DNA of 63,044 nt, filler included, from Octopus bimaculoides (Eukaryota), in the NCBI RefSeq assembly GCF_001194135.2. It is 5 parts of 5 records of this genome, joined end to end, with 100 filler letters (N's around TTAATTAATTAA, not from the genome) between each part and the next. Parts side by side here need not be neighbours in the genome. Positions count along the whole stretch, not along the records: positions 11,557 to 33,563 come from NC_068990.1; 4 more parts are not named here. One strand, 5' to 3'. The position numbers and the translations under genes are program-made. This document shows, piece after piece, positions 11,513 to 23,485 of the stretch. Under the pieces are notes generated by a model. That model saw only the letters and a list, made by a program, of their open reading frames with translations, searched no databases and was not told the origin of the DNA. Each line of letters begins with the position of its first letter. Within the stretch, counting starts at the first letter, position 1.

Positions 11513-11732
11513 NNNNNNNNNNNNNNNNNNNNNNNNNNNNNNNNNNNNNNNNNNNNTATTTTGCTAGGGCCGAAACTGCCCCTGGGGGCCAATTCCTGCC
11601 CTTGAAAATATACACAAATGAAGCCTAGGTGCTTCGCAACAAAATTATTTAAAAATTCCAACAAAATGTGGACAATAAAAGGTCAAATAAACGTTTACCT
11701 TCGCAGCCGATGTGACATCACGTCCGTGAGAA

Positions 11733-11733
11733 G

Positions 11734-11784
<51 letters not shown>

Positions 11785-11935
11785 CAAACAGATAGATAGA
11801 TAGATAGATAGATAGACAGAAGACAAAGAAATAGATTGATAAAGAGAGAGAGAGGGGGGAGACAGACAGACAGACATACAGACAGACAGACAGACATACA
11901 GACAGACAGACAGATAGGTAGATGGATAGACAGGT
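11733..11935. repeat. (GATA)n/(GACA)n tetranucleotide microsatellite
   Basis: Directly visible. Other GATA/TCTA tracts at ~23428-23484, 24466-24500 and 39591-39650. Confidence 0.97.
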
Positions 11936-12383
11936 CGACACTTCGAAGTCACTGTCAACTCTATTCTTTTAAAAGAATAAGTATGTACTCTACCAGTGTT
12001 TTTATTATATCTCAACATGAAAAACATGCATTTATGGATGACAGACAGACAGACATACAGCATATCTCAAAGATGGACGCAACGAAATCGCCCCGGAAGT
12101 GAAAGAAAATGTCAAATATCGATATTTCAAAATTATTTCCGCTCTTCAGTGTGGGGAAAGTGTTAACGTAAATCAGAGGCGTGTTTGAAGTATTAGACGT
12201 GGAAAAGCAGCTTTCATCAGTCGAACACTCTGTTAGCTTGAGACACAACGCCAAATTGCTTGTCTCTTCTCCTTGTCAATGCGTCTCTTGTATTGTGGCT
12301 CTCAGAAGGCTGAAATTCTGAAACATACAAAGTTTCCCCTTTCTTCGATTTCTTTCGTAATATATCGACTGTTGTAGGCGAAA

Positions 12384-12492
12384 CAGCAACAGCGGCAGCG
12401 GCAGAGGCAGCAGCAGTAGCAGCAGCGCTAGCCGCGCAGCAGCAGCGGCGGCGGCGGCAGCAGCAGGTGCAGCGGCAGCAGCAGCAGTAGTA
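12384..12492. repeat. Compound (GCA)/(GCG) trinucleotide repeat
   Basis: Directly visible; ends in stop codons on the plus strand and abuts a SINE. Confidence 0.9.
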
Positions 12493-12500
12493 GCACTTGA

Positions 12501-12725
12501 TAAGGCGGTGGCGAGCTGGCAGAAGCAGAAACGTTAGCACGCCGGACGAAATGCTTAGCGGTATTTCGTTCTGAGTTCAAATTCCGCCGAGGTCGACTTT
12601 GCCTTTCATCCTTTCGGGGTCGATTAAATAAGTACCAGTTACGCACTGGGGTCGATGTAATCGTCTTAATCCCTTCGTCTGTCCTTGTTTGTCCCCTTCT
12701 ATGTTTAGCCTCTTGTGGGCAATAA
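12501..12725 (+). mobile_element. tRNA-derived SINE family A
   Basis: Head TAAGGCGGTGGCGAGCTGGCAGAA...GTTAGCAC, B-box GAGTTCAAATTCC, core GTCGACTTTGCCTTTCATCCTTTCGGGGTCGATTAAATAAGTACCAG, (TAG)n tail. Confidence 0.88.
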
Positions 12726-13592
12726 AGCAATAGGTAGTAGTAGTAGTAGTAGTAGNNNNNNNNNNNNNNNNNNNNNNNNNNNNNNNNNNNNNNNNNNNNN
12801 NNNNNNNNNNNNNNNNNNNNNNNNNNNNNNNNNNNNNNNNNNNNNNNNNNNNNNNNNNNNNNNNNNNNNNNNNNNNNNNNNNNNNNNNNNNNNNNNNNNN
12901 NNNNNNNNNNNNNNNNNNNNNNNNNGGAGGAGGAGTAATTGTTGTTGAAGTAAATATCATGGAAGTTTAGTTTACTGTAAAATAAAGTCATCGAAACTTA
13001 GCTTTTATTGATGTCAAACAGATTCTTAAAGATCTAGCTTCAATTTCGACCGTCTGAATTTTTTTTTTCCGTTTAATATATTCATTTTTGGTTTGTGTGT
13101 GGGTGTGCGTGTGTAACTGTTTATTTTGAATCCTGGTTTTTAAACTCAACAAGGAAGTTAATTGATCACGTATCAATTATATTCTATTAGTTATATACAC
13201 CACTCCTACTTCTAAGTCCTATGGCACACCTCGTTGCATATTATGTTTCCTGCCTCACATTAATCACCCTAATCTCAGCGAGGTGCAGTAATGAAATACA
13301 AACGAAAGATATTAGTCCTGATAAACTAGCTTCAGTTGGAAACTCATGACTCATGGCCGATGCTTCGTTGTATAATGTCGTGCGTAGACTCTAAAATCTG
13401 TGGTCTTTTTCTTAAATGAGCGGTTCTCAATCATTTTTGTCTCACAGATCCGTTTCAAGAAAAACGATATCTGCACGGACCGCGGAATCATGCATATTAC
13501 GAAATACAATAAAGAGCTTAATATATAATGTAATTATTACATATATAATAATTGAATACATATATAATGCAAAGACATCCAGCAGACTGCGA

Positions 13593-14010
13593 TACTCTTT
13601 TACTCTTTTACTTGTTTCAGTCATTTGACTGTGGCCATACTGGAGCACCGCTTTAGTCGAGCAAATCGACCCCAGGACTTATTCTTTGGAGGCCTAGTAC
13701 TTATTCTATCAGTCTCTTTTGCCGAACTGCTAAGTTACGGGGACGTAAACACAACACCACTGGTTGTCAAGCGATGTTGGGGGGACAAACACAGACACAC
13801 AAACACACACACATACATACATATATATACATATATACATATATACGACTGGCTTCTTTCAGTTTCCGTCTACCAAATCCACTCACAAGGCTTTGGTCGG
13901 CCCGAGGCTATAGTGGAAGACACTTGCCCAAGGTGCCACACAGTGGGACTGAACCCAGAACCGTGTGGTTGGTAAGCAAGCTACTTACCACACAGCCACT
14001 CCTGCGCCTA
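13593..14010 (-). mobile_element. tRNA-derived SINE family B (CORE-like CCTTGGGCAAG segment, internal microsatellite)
   Basis: Minus strand GGAGTGGCTGTGTGGTAAG...GGTTCAGTCCC...GCACCTTGGGCAAGTGTCTT...GGAAACTGAAAGAAGCC, (TA/CA) tract, tail ...GCTCCAG...CAGTCAAATGACTGAAACAAGTAAAAGAGTA; near-identical to 30120-30525. Confidence 0.9.
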
Positions 14011-15297
14011 GTCAATAAAATAGCAACAAAATATAAAAGTTAATTCTGTCTATGCGGCTTGGTACAATATGAGCCATTGTTTTGTATAGGTCCGTGGCCA
14101 AGTAGTTATGGACCCTTGATTTAAATTATCTAAAGAAAAAATAAACCGAGATAAATACTGCGGAAGTAACCTCTACATCAGTGGTAATGTAACCTAAATT
14201 GGATTCTAAAAAAATAATCACAAAGAAAAATCTTTCCCATATATCAGAAAAATCTGAAATTTTTATGATTATGTTGTACAATAAGAAACTAGAAAGTCCT
14301 TCGTTATATAATCTGTAGTGTTAAAGTAAATTTGTATACTGGATAAATTTGTTCGGAAGTATAACGTTCTAGAAAATATAGCAAAAGTACTGTATGCGGT
14401 CCGTTATCAAACGTAAAGATCAAAGATTAGACACACGACATAATAGATTTTAAAACCGATATATGTTGTATATCCTAATATCTATTGATAGATGCATAAA
14501 TGCATGCATGCATGCATATATACATGTATACATACATACTTGCATTCATGCATTTATAACTACTCTATTGATGATGTCAAAATTCAAAAGCAACTTGTTT
14601 GTAGGCTAGAATCCATCTCTTTCTCTTTTAGTCTAGAATTCGTGAAGGAGAACCAAGACAACGTACATACAAGCATACTTATACGAAGTGTGTTTTAGAG
14701 ATATATCTACGCATCAGTATATGTGAGGTGAGTGCGTATATATGTTTTTGTGTGTGTCTCTGTGTCTGTGTGTGTGTGTGTGTGTGTGCGTGTGAATTTT
14801 GTGTTATGCTTAGAAGTGATACATTTTACCAGAGTTTTTCGACTCGGTTCCAATAGAACAAACCACACCAAATCCTTGTTAGATTATTCGTGTAAACAAA
14901 GTAAGAAAAGGCCAACTTTTATTAATATAATATTAGATCCGACTTCACTATATATATATANNNNNNNNNNNNNNNNNNNNNNNNNNNNNNNNNNNNNNNN
15001 NNNNNNNNNNNNNNNNNNNNNNNNNNNNNNNNNNNNNNNNNNNNNNNNNNNNNNNNNNNNNNNNNNNNNNNNNNNNNNNNNNNNNNNNNNNNNNNNNNNN
15101 NNNNNNNNNNNNNNNNNNNNNNNNNNNNNNNNNNNNNNNNNNNNNNNNNNNNNNNNNNNNNNTCAGACAGTGGTAATTGAAACGAAAACCAGGCAAGGTT
15201 TACCAGCGGATGTTCAGAAATGAACTATTCTGAGTACTGGAAATCGGAGCCTTTCAGTTATTATGAGTGTCTATACATACATACATACATACATACA

Positions 15298-15570
15298 GTG
15301 GAGGCACATGGCCTAGTGGTTAGAGCAGCGGACTCGCGGTCGAGGGATTGCGGGTTCGAAACCGGGAGATAAATGTGTTTATGAGCGAAACACCAAAGCT
15401 CCAAGCGGCTCCGGCAGAAGGTAATGGCGAACTTCTGCTGACTCTTTCGCCACAACTTTCTCTCACTCTTTCCGCCTACATCCAGGTGGGGAACCTATAC
15501 GCCAGTGAAACCGGGAAAACTGGCCCTTATGAGCTAGGCATGGCTAGGGAAAGAAAAAACAACAGACAGG
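15298..15570 (+). mobile_element. tRNA-derived SINE family C, alternative tail
   Basis: Head GTGGAGGCACATGGCCTAGTGGTTAGAGCAGCGGACTCGCGGTCG...GGTTCGAA; body as in 41848; tail CATCCAGGTGGGGAACC...GAAACCGGGAAA as in 20428-20739. Confidence 0.85.
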
Positions 15571-15919
15571 CAGACAGACAGACAGGCATAGGCCCTCTCC
15601 TATTTCGAAAGCAGCTGTAGACGGCAGCACCAACTGTCACCAGTCAAATTCCCGCATGCGTATATATACATAAACACACGCACACTCACTTTCAGTTGGT
15701 TTGAACTGTTTCCCAGCCAGACATTTTAAACATTGAATACTTTCAAGTGGCAAATTAGAATAAGAAAATAGCCACATGGCAAAGCAGATATTAATCACCG
15801 TTACACCTTATAAATCTTTATATTTACATACTGAAATATGTGTGGCTGTCTTATGAAATTTCTAACATAGACACAAAGTCACTTATTTGGAGAGAACGAA
15901 AAGTACATTATTTAAATCA

Positions 15920-16070
15920 AATCAAGTCAGTACTTGAATTGTACTTTTCTTATTGATCCGAATCGAATGAAGCCAAAACAAGCCGTAGTTGATTAGAACT
16001 CAGAACATAAAGAGCTGTAACTATATACCGCAAGGCATATTTTCCTACGTTAACGGTTCTACACTTGATA
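15920..16070 (-). mobile_element. Degenerate SINE family A
   Basis: Reverse-complement remnants GAACTCAGAAC, TACCGCAAGGCAT, GTACTT...TTATTGATCCG. Confidence 0.5.
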
Positions 16071-16597
16071 TCATATGCTACGTTGATATACTAACAGTAT
16101 GTTTCAAGTATTGTCCAGCAAAGCGTTTGATTCTCTGTGCACTGCGAATTGCTTTTTGTTGTTAAGTGAAAAGCTAATTAATTTTCGCTCCCCATCTAAC
16201 ATTAAGGGGACATAAGTAATGGTGACCTGCAGGTATTACTTCCAGTGTACAAACCAACAAGGAAATTTCTAAGCAGTTGTTCGATGTGCAAGAAACATCA
16301 GTCAAATCCTTCTTAAATTATTTCAGATTGTCACTAATAAACTATGCTTGATCTATTAGAGCTTACACAAAAGTGAACGAGAATAATCTTCGATAAATAG
16401 GTTCTTCTTCGTCTATATTGTATTTTTCACTATATGTTAGAAGTATATATATGAGTGTGTGTGTGTGTGTGTGTGTATTGACACACACACACACATATAT
16501 GCATGTACGTGTATGTATTTACGTAGTTTGTCAAACTCCATACATATAACTCCCAGTAAATGTGTTGAGTGCCCTTCTTTTGTTTGTCCACTCACTC

Positions 16598-16696
<99 letters not shown>

Positions 16697-19284
16697 CATG
16701 TATGTATGGATAACATTTCGCGCTGACAACCCACGTTGGTACCAATCATTCATGTCGATGAAACATTAGTCAGTTATTCCGATCGTCCATTATTTACAGC
16801 AATGTACTGTGCCTGGACTATGACATCAGTTTATATTTAGATGGGATACGACACATAGTTATAAGTAATCGCTGTTGTTGTTGTTGCTGTGACCACATAC
16901 CTCTTACCTCCGGATCAGACCTAATTTAGCAGGTCTACGATCAAATGTATTTTCGCTGTCATTTTACCACCCTCTTGTATATCTAAGACTATGTTCTACA
17001 ATATACCCTTCCATTTTTCCCAGATAATAGTATAATTTTATAGAGATTTTGCTCCTATTTCTAGCATCTCGAACTATCAAGTAGAGACTCCCTCATTGAC
17101 TCGGATATGAGTCTACATGGTCAATAGTCACATATAGACAACCGACAATAATTCCAGTAAGTTAACCCCTTATCAATTTACTCAGCTGTAATTTCGATAT
17201 AATTAACATACGACACGTGATAAACGGTGCTCAAATGAGAATCTCAAATCAGCCATAAACAGGTTTGAACTCATGACTGTTTGATAGAATGTCAAAACCT
17301 CTACTGTCCTGATTCCTGTTTTTATCTCTAACTGCTGTTTTAAACCAGTTATACTGCTACTGTTCGTTCTCTCCAAGTCAGCACTGATCAAACGGTTTCT
17401 AGCTGTGACCATCTCGTCGTTTTTGCTCACCTTTGCATATAACTAGTTCTATTTTGTCTAAATTAACAATAGTATGCGAACTGAGAAAGATTTGGCTGCT
17501 CTCTCTAGCAGCTCAAGCAACGCTCTAGGAACCCTCTCGATGGCTGAAAATCTATCGTAATGTGAAGTGTCACAATTTCGATTGATTAGTCGCCCAGTCA
17601 TTGACCACAATGTTGTGTCCTGGGGGGATTTATCACTTGAGAACGGTCACCTAAAAGCAGGTAATTTTAGTTGTATAAACGAAAGGGATATCCGTGCGAG
17701 TGTAAGATTTGTCGACTGTATTTAGCAGGTGGAGCGATTGGTATAGGAGCAATCTCGTTGGTTCATTTAACTGCAGTGGAACAATATCATTGTTTAACAA
17801 CAGTAAGTGTGGGGGGTAGGTATATTTCAGTGTATAATATAGATCTCTACTAGTGAATACTGCACTACGATAGAGCTATTTAGCTGTAGTTTAGGCCAAC
17901 AGAGGGCATTATAATGTCATCATGTCTGGCTGCTATGGCATTGATAGAACGAGCGAGGAAGAGAGAGAGAGAGAGAGAGAACGGTGCACAACTGAATGGA
18001 AACACGCCCACGAAGGAAATAAATGGTGAAGATGTCGTTTAAAGTGGTAAAGAGAAATTGAAAGAAAAACGAGGGAGAGGGAAGCGAGCGATAAAATGAA
18101 ATGAAAATTTAAAACTAAATGGAAGTCGAATCGACAGGAGATCGTTTTAACTCCGCCTCTAGCGTTCACTGAGTCGGCAGCCATAACGCAGAGACACTCG
18201 CTTGGTGTCTCGTGACTCGTTGTGTGAGCGGGGAGGGCGTTTATGTAGGAGGTGCAGCGTGGGGAGGTGTGGCAGCACATTTCACATGCATACATGCACA
18301 CATGCATACATGCATATTTCCGCATCAACTGTGTGCGAAGTAGTGGAATGTTATATAATTGACCTCTCGTTACTTCCGTAACACGGAAACAGTCACACAC
18401 AGAGGGAACACTATGAATTTATCTCCTTCATTAGAAGTGTTTCATTGCGTGAAAACGTCTCTAATTGTTTATTTAATTATTTAATTTAATTTTTAAACAT
18501 TATTTTGGAATCAGTTTTAATATTTATATCTTAAGCTTTCAGAAAAGTGGTAGAGCATATGAGTAAACGCTCCTCTATACAGAATCTGTCATTCCCTTTT
18601 TGTCACTCTGTGTCCTGCGTTCAAATCCTACCAAGTTTCAGTTCAATGAAACAATATTCCGTACCAGTTATATCGGATGGATATATTCATATCCATTATC
18701 AGAATTAAGTAGTTTATCATTTACTTTTATGATTTTTCTCAGCCAGGAGCTAAGTTATATGTGCCGCCAAGGTCGCGGCATTGTTTGACTTTCAATGTAC
18801 TCAATTTGCTTTACATATTATTATTATTATCCTACCCCATGGGTAAAATATAAAACTCGTACGATTCTATTTCGATCCCACCAAAGATTTATATGATTGC
18901 CTTCTTAATAGAGTTATTATAGCCATAAACGTACTAGAATCGGTAGAGCTGTGTGGGAAATTCTCTTGTATATTTTAGTTACATTTATTTATGTCTTGCG
19001 TTCAAATCCTATCCTGGTCACCTCGTATTTCATTTTCCGTGAGTTTGTAACGGAAAAGAAAAACAAAAAAAAAAAGAGATTGAGAGAACTGGTCAAATGT
19101 TGATTTTATTTCTTTCAAGTTAAAAATTTATTATTGCAGTCGTTGCTGTAGTCGCTATCTTTCTATGAATATGTGACAGTTTCGATTCCCAGTTAGGTTT
19201 GTTTCTTCTATATCACGCAAGAAAGGTATCACAAACAGATGCTCTACTACCAGTAATATATATACATCGCTGACCACTACATTT

Positions 19285-19444
19285 ATATTATGTTTCTCTC
19301 CTTATTTCTTTCTGTGTTCCTTTCAGTTGAAGAGCGTAGGCTCGAAACGTCAAAGACTTTCTCTATTCCCGAGCGTTAAACTAATACATCCATTTGTTGT
19401 TTACACCACCTGTCTTCGTCTATTGTTTTTTTCGTAAATTCTCC

Positions 19445-19445
<1 letters not shown>
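19285..19445 (+). mobile_element. PLE-type terminal repeat family A, ending at (TA)n
   Basis: Homologous to 10870-11170(-) and 53755-53915(+); followed directly by a TA microsatellite. Confidence 0.7.
19320..19355 (+). ncRNA. Minimal type I hammerhead-ribozyme-like motif
   Basis: CTTT|CAGTTGA-A|GAGC-GTAG-GCTC|GAA-ACGT-C|AAAG: perfect stems I and II, palindromic ACGT stem III, GTC cleavage triplet; core positions 4 and 6 differ from CUGANGA. Confidence 0.55.
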
Positions 19446-19510
<65 letters not shown>

Positions 19511-19925
19511 AAGTGTACAATAGCACCTTCATTCATATTTTGATTGATGCATGTATATGTCAATGCTGATCTTCTGCTTTTGTTTCTGGTGATGGTATTG
19601 ATGTTGTTGGAATTGTTGCAGTTGATTCTGTTGTTGATGGTTTTTGTTTCAATAACTCTGTAATCATGATTATGATATTTTACTGATATTCTTGTCGTTT
19701 CTGTTGGTTTACGTTGTTGCTGTTGATGAGTGTGTGTGTGGATTTATGTTGTTCTTCATCGTTCTTATAAAACATCCCTGAGTCGATTATATAAAAATAC
19801 AATATCTCTTAACTCTTAAATAAGTTGTATCATCACTGAAGAATTTATTTGAGGTTTCTGTATTGTAGATCACGTTATTGTGTCGCTAATTGTCTTTCTA
19901 CAGATCACACAACCAGACATTATAG

Positions 19926-20232
19926 TTGTTTTTGGCACTCCGTCGCTTACGATGTCGAGGGTTCCAGTTGATCCGATCAACGGAACAGCCTGCTCGTGAA
20001 ATTAACGTGCAAGTGGCTGAGCACTCCACAGACACGTGTAACCTTAACGTAGTTCTCGGGGATATTCAGCGTGACACAGTGTGACAAGGCTGGCCCTTTG
20101 AATTACAGGCACAACAGAAACAGGAAGTAAGAGTGAGAGAAAGTTGTGGTGAAAGAGTACAGCAGGGTTCGCCACCTTCCCCTGCCGTGGCCTCGTGGAG
20201 CTTTAAGTGTTTTCGCTCAATAAAGACTCACA
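19926..20232 (-). mobile_element. SINE family C, head lost in gap
   Basis: Reverse complement of 41935-42227 (GGCACTCCGTCGCTTACGA..., GTGACAAGGCTGGCCCTTTG...). Confidence 0.9.
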
Positions 20233-20391
20233 NNNNNNNNNNNNNNNNNNNNNNNNNNNNNNNNNNNNNNNNNNNNNNNNNNNNNNNNNNNNNNNNNNNN
20301 NNNNNNNNNNNNNNNNNNNNNNNNNNNNNNNNTATATATATAATACATACATACATACATACATACATCCATACATACATACACACATACA

Positions 20392-20425
<34 letters not shown>

Positions 20426-20427
20426 CG

Positions 20428-20739
20428 TTTATTTATGCGCCCTTTTCAAGCCTAGCCAGGCTCATGGGCCCGGTTTCCCGGTTTGTATGGCGTATGTGTT
20501 CCCCCCAGCTGGACGGGACGCTAGTCCACCGCAACTTTACTCAAGAAACAGAAAGAAAGAGTAAGAGAAAGTTGAGGCGAATGAGTACAACAGGGGTCGC
20601 CACTACCCACTGCCGGAGCCTCGTGGAGTTTTAGGTGTTTTCGCTCAATAAACACACTTAACGCCCGGTCTGAGAATCAAAACCGCGATCCTCCGACTGC
20701 GAGTCCGCTGCCCTAACCACTGGGCCATTGCGCCTCCAC
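20428..20739 (-). mobile_element. SINE family C, alternative tail
   Basis: Head identical in type to 41848 (GTGGAGGCGCAATGGCCCAGTGGTTAGGGCAGCGGACTCGC); tail GGACTAGCGTCCCGTCCAGCTGGGGGG...AAACCGGGAAACCGGGCCCATGAGCC. Confidence 0.88.
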
Positions 20740-20879
20740 AACATACATACGTACATACATATGTACACACATATATATACGTTCATACATATAATGATCA
20801 GTCAATTCTAAAAATCTGAAAAATAACATTCGAAAACAATAAAACTACAATAAAATTTGTTCTGATTGATGGCAGGATA

Positions 20880-21065
20880 AAGGGAGAAGGAAGGGCATTA
20901 GTTCGATCCACTACCTTACCGGTATTTATTTTATCGCCATTGAAATGATGAAAATCAGTCCCCTCTTGTAGGATTTGAGCTCAGACCATAAATTAACGTG
21001 ACTAAATACCGCAAAGTACTTTCTCTGGCTCTCGATCGATACTGTCAACCATCACCTTTATCTAG
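20880..21065 (-). mobile_element. Degenerate SINE family A
   Basis: Remnants CCGGTATTTATTTTATCG, GATTTGAGCTCAGA, AAATACCGCAAAG. Confidence 0.55.
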
Positions 21066-21212
21066 AAAAATATATCTTTCTGATTTATGCACAAAGCCAG
21101 CAATTTTGAGAATCGCTGTTTCCTAAAAGTTCGAACCGACAAGTAGCTAATGAACAATAACAGAAATGATTAGAATGGTACAAGAAATATTACGTGGTGA
21201 AGAAGAACTGAA

Positions 21213-21247
21213 ATTTGACGTTTCGGACAAAATCTTGCGTCAAAAGT
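21213..21247 (-). ncRNA. Degenerate minimal hammerhead-like motif of a further repeat family
   Basis: Minus strand ACTT|TTGACGC-A|AGAT-TTT-GTCC|GAA-ACGT-C|AAAT: same GAAACGTC core; three positions deviate from a CTGACGA-A-GGAT consensus. Confidence 0.35.
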
Positions 21248-22200
21248 AATTTACTGTTTAACAGTTCTGTGTCCTGGACATGGGAACAATTGCTTTCGAT
21301 GAAAAGATTGGAACTTTCTTCGCTCTTATTTGTTGCCAACCATTCTATTAACACCGTGACCATCTACGCTTTATGCCACAAAGTAACAGTACATAAACAA
21401 ACGACTTGGTTGCTTGTCAGGTAAACGCTGGCTGTCGATGTTTCCAGTTGCAACACATCAATACTTCAATCTTGACTTTTTATCAGATATTCTCTTGTTG
21501 TGAGATATTAATGCTTTTAATTAACAATCCTCAGTAATTGTACGAACGTCTTGACCGCCTGGTAGAACCGGCCATCGGTTCTCTCAGTTACAAAACATCA
21601 GTATTTATACAATCATTTTGACCGCTTGTCAGATATCCTATTTATACGATGTCCATCCATGCTTTCAGTTATAAAAAACATCAATACAAACATTTTGACT
21701 TGTTGTCATATTCTATCAGCATGGTGTCCATCCTTATTTTCAGCGTTTTCGCATCGTGATCAATAAAATCGGAATACTTAGAGAGACAAAGATACAGAAA
21801 TAAGAATGAATGACGTCCATTTTTTTTTTTTTTGTAAATGACATTACCTATATGAATGAAGTGAAGCAGCTACAACAGGAAGTGGGAAAATTCTTGCTGT
21901 AGACATTATACCTTAAATAATATAAAATTATTATATTTGTAGAGGTAAGATTTATAGTTGATTAACCTGAAACAAGTATATTACAGGTACTTCTTTTATG
22001 AATCATTAAAAGAGAAGGTGATGAAAAGTCAGACATGGTCACTGTGATATTCGAACTCGGGATACAGAGGAGTTTATCTAAATACTGCAACAAAGTTGAT
22101 CGTCTGTCGTTGCCCTTTCTGCTATTCCACTGGCCCAAAAAGCTTAAATTTTTCCGTCGTAATTCCGATTTTGGCATCTCATGATATACACTTTCCTATA

Positions 22201-22330
22201 TAAGACGTGGCGAATTGGCGAAGTCATAAAGAAAGTCGGATTGAATGCCTCGCTGCTCTTTGTTCTCCGGGCTCAAATCTCACAGATATCAATCAACTTT
22301 GCCATTATCATATTGGCTTTCTGTGAACCT
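22201..22330 (+). mobile_element. Degenerate SINE family A head
   Basis: TAAGACGTGGCGAATTGGCGAA...GGCTCAAATCTC...CAACTTTGCC. Confidence 0.45.
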
Positions 22331-23289
22331 TGGTGTGCTAAAAGAACTTTTGAATACTGATATAGATATTAAATAGATTCACTGGTATGATGTAAATATA
22401 CAAGGTAATTCTAAGAGTGAAATAGATGTGTGACTGAGTTATTATGTTTACAAAACCACGGGAGCAGAGTCTAACTCCAATACAGGTTTTTCTGCATCAG
22501 GCTGCACATTGAATTCTATATGCCTCAGTTTTCTGTGCCTGCTTGTAGTAGATTTGAAAATAAAACCTCCTCTACTAAAGATACGTCTCTCTCATCCGCG
22601 TAACGCCAAATAAATTCAAGTTGAACATTGAAACTTAGAACACTATTATTCTCGTAATAATCAAGAATAGACGAAAGTCGCAAAACGAGCATACTGAAAC
22701 TTAGTTCTCCCATCAGCTTTCTTCGAACTGCTACTGAAATAGTAAAGCGCTAGTTCTTTATTCAAATTAATACAAGCCACTTTTACTTCTGTGACTTAGA
22801 CAAGATCTTCTAATCCATACTGATTGTTTCTGTTGACCATGGATACTAGAATTAAGGAATAGTAGTGCTATTTTGCAGACCTTCAATGGTTAAATCCTAT
22901 TTGTCAGTTGTTATTGAATATAAATTACACGTTGACTGTTTTAAAACGTTCCTACAGTTATTAACCATTGACATCTGATACAAAGCATATATTTTCTACG
23001 ACTGCTTTCCAGTATTAGTTTCATCATTATATGTGTTTATATCTATCATGTTAGGGATCGAATAATACGAACAAAACTTTAAAATATCAACTGGGTATGC
23101 AAGATCCTGGATCGAAGGAAACCAGTAGTCGTCCGTATAAGCAGCATCTAAAGTTGTTAACACTAGGATGTAAAAATGCCAATTAACTTCACGTTTTCAT
23201 TATGTTTAAAGGTATTTAGATTCTGAACACATATGTATAAGTCTTTGGGCATGTTTCTTACTGCTAGACAACCAGTCTTAATTTCCAAA

Positions 23290-23428
23290 TGTACCAGTTG
23301 CTCGGTAGTTAAGAAACAAACAGAATGAAAGAATAAGTACCAGATCATAAGATGAATACAGGGATCGATTTGTTCGACAAAAACCTTCTCAAGATGGTGC
23401 CTAAGCATAGCCGCAGTGGATGAGACAA
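23290..23428 (+). mobile_element. Degenerate SINE family B tail
   Basis: GAATAAGTACCAG...GGGATCGATTTGTTCGAC...GGTGCCTAAGCATAGCCGCAG. Confidence 0.55.
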
Positions 23429-23429
23429 G

Positions 23430-23485
<56 letters not shown>

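Noticed and set aside
12384-12492. Possible polyQ/polyA coding exon
   Set aside because: Frames are closed by stops or run into a SINE; no splice or protein context recognised.
13317-13360. Hammerhead-like CTGATAA...GAAACTCATGACTC
   Set aside because: G8 is altered, stem III is mismatched and no stem I pairing exists; likely chance.
13415-14115. Possible hAT MITE split by a SINE (GCGGTTCTCAATC ... ATGGACCCTTGATT)
   Set aside because: Right end too decayed and no TSD; not supportable.
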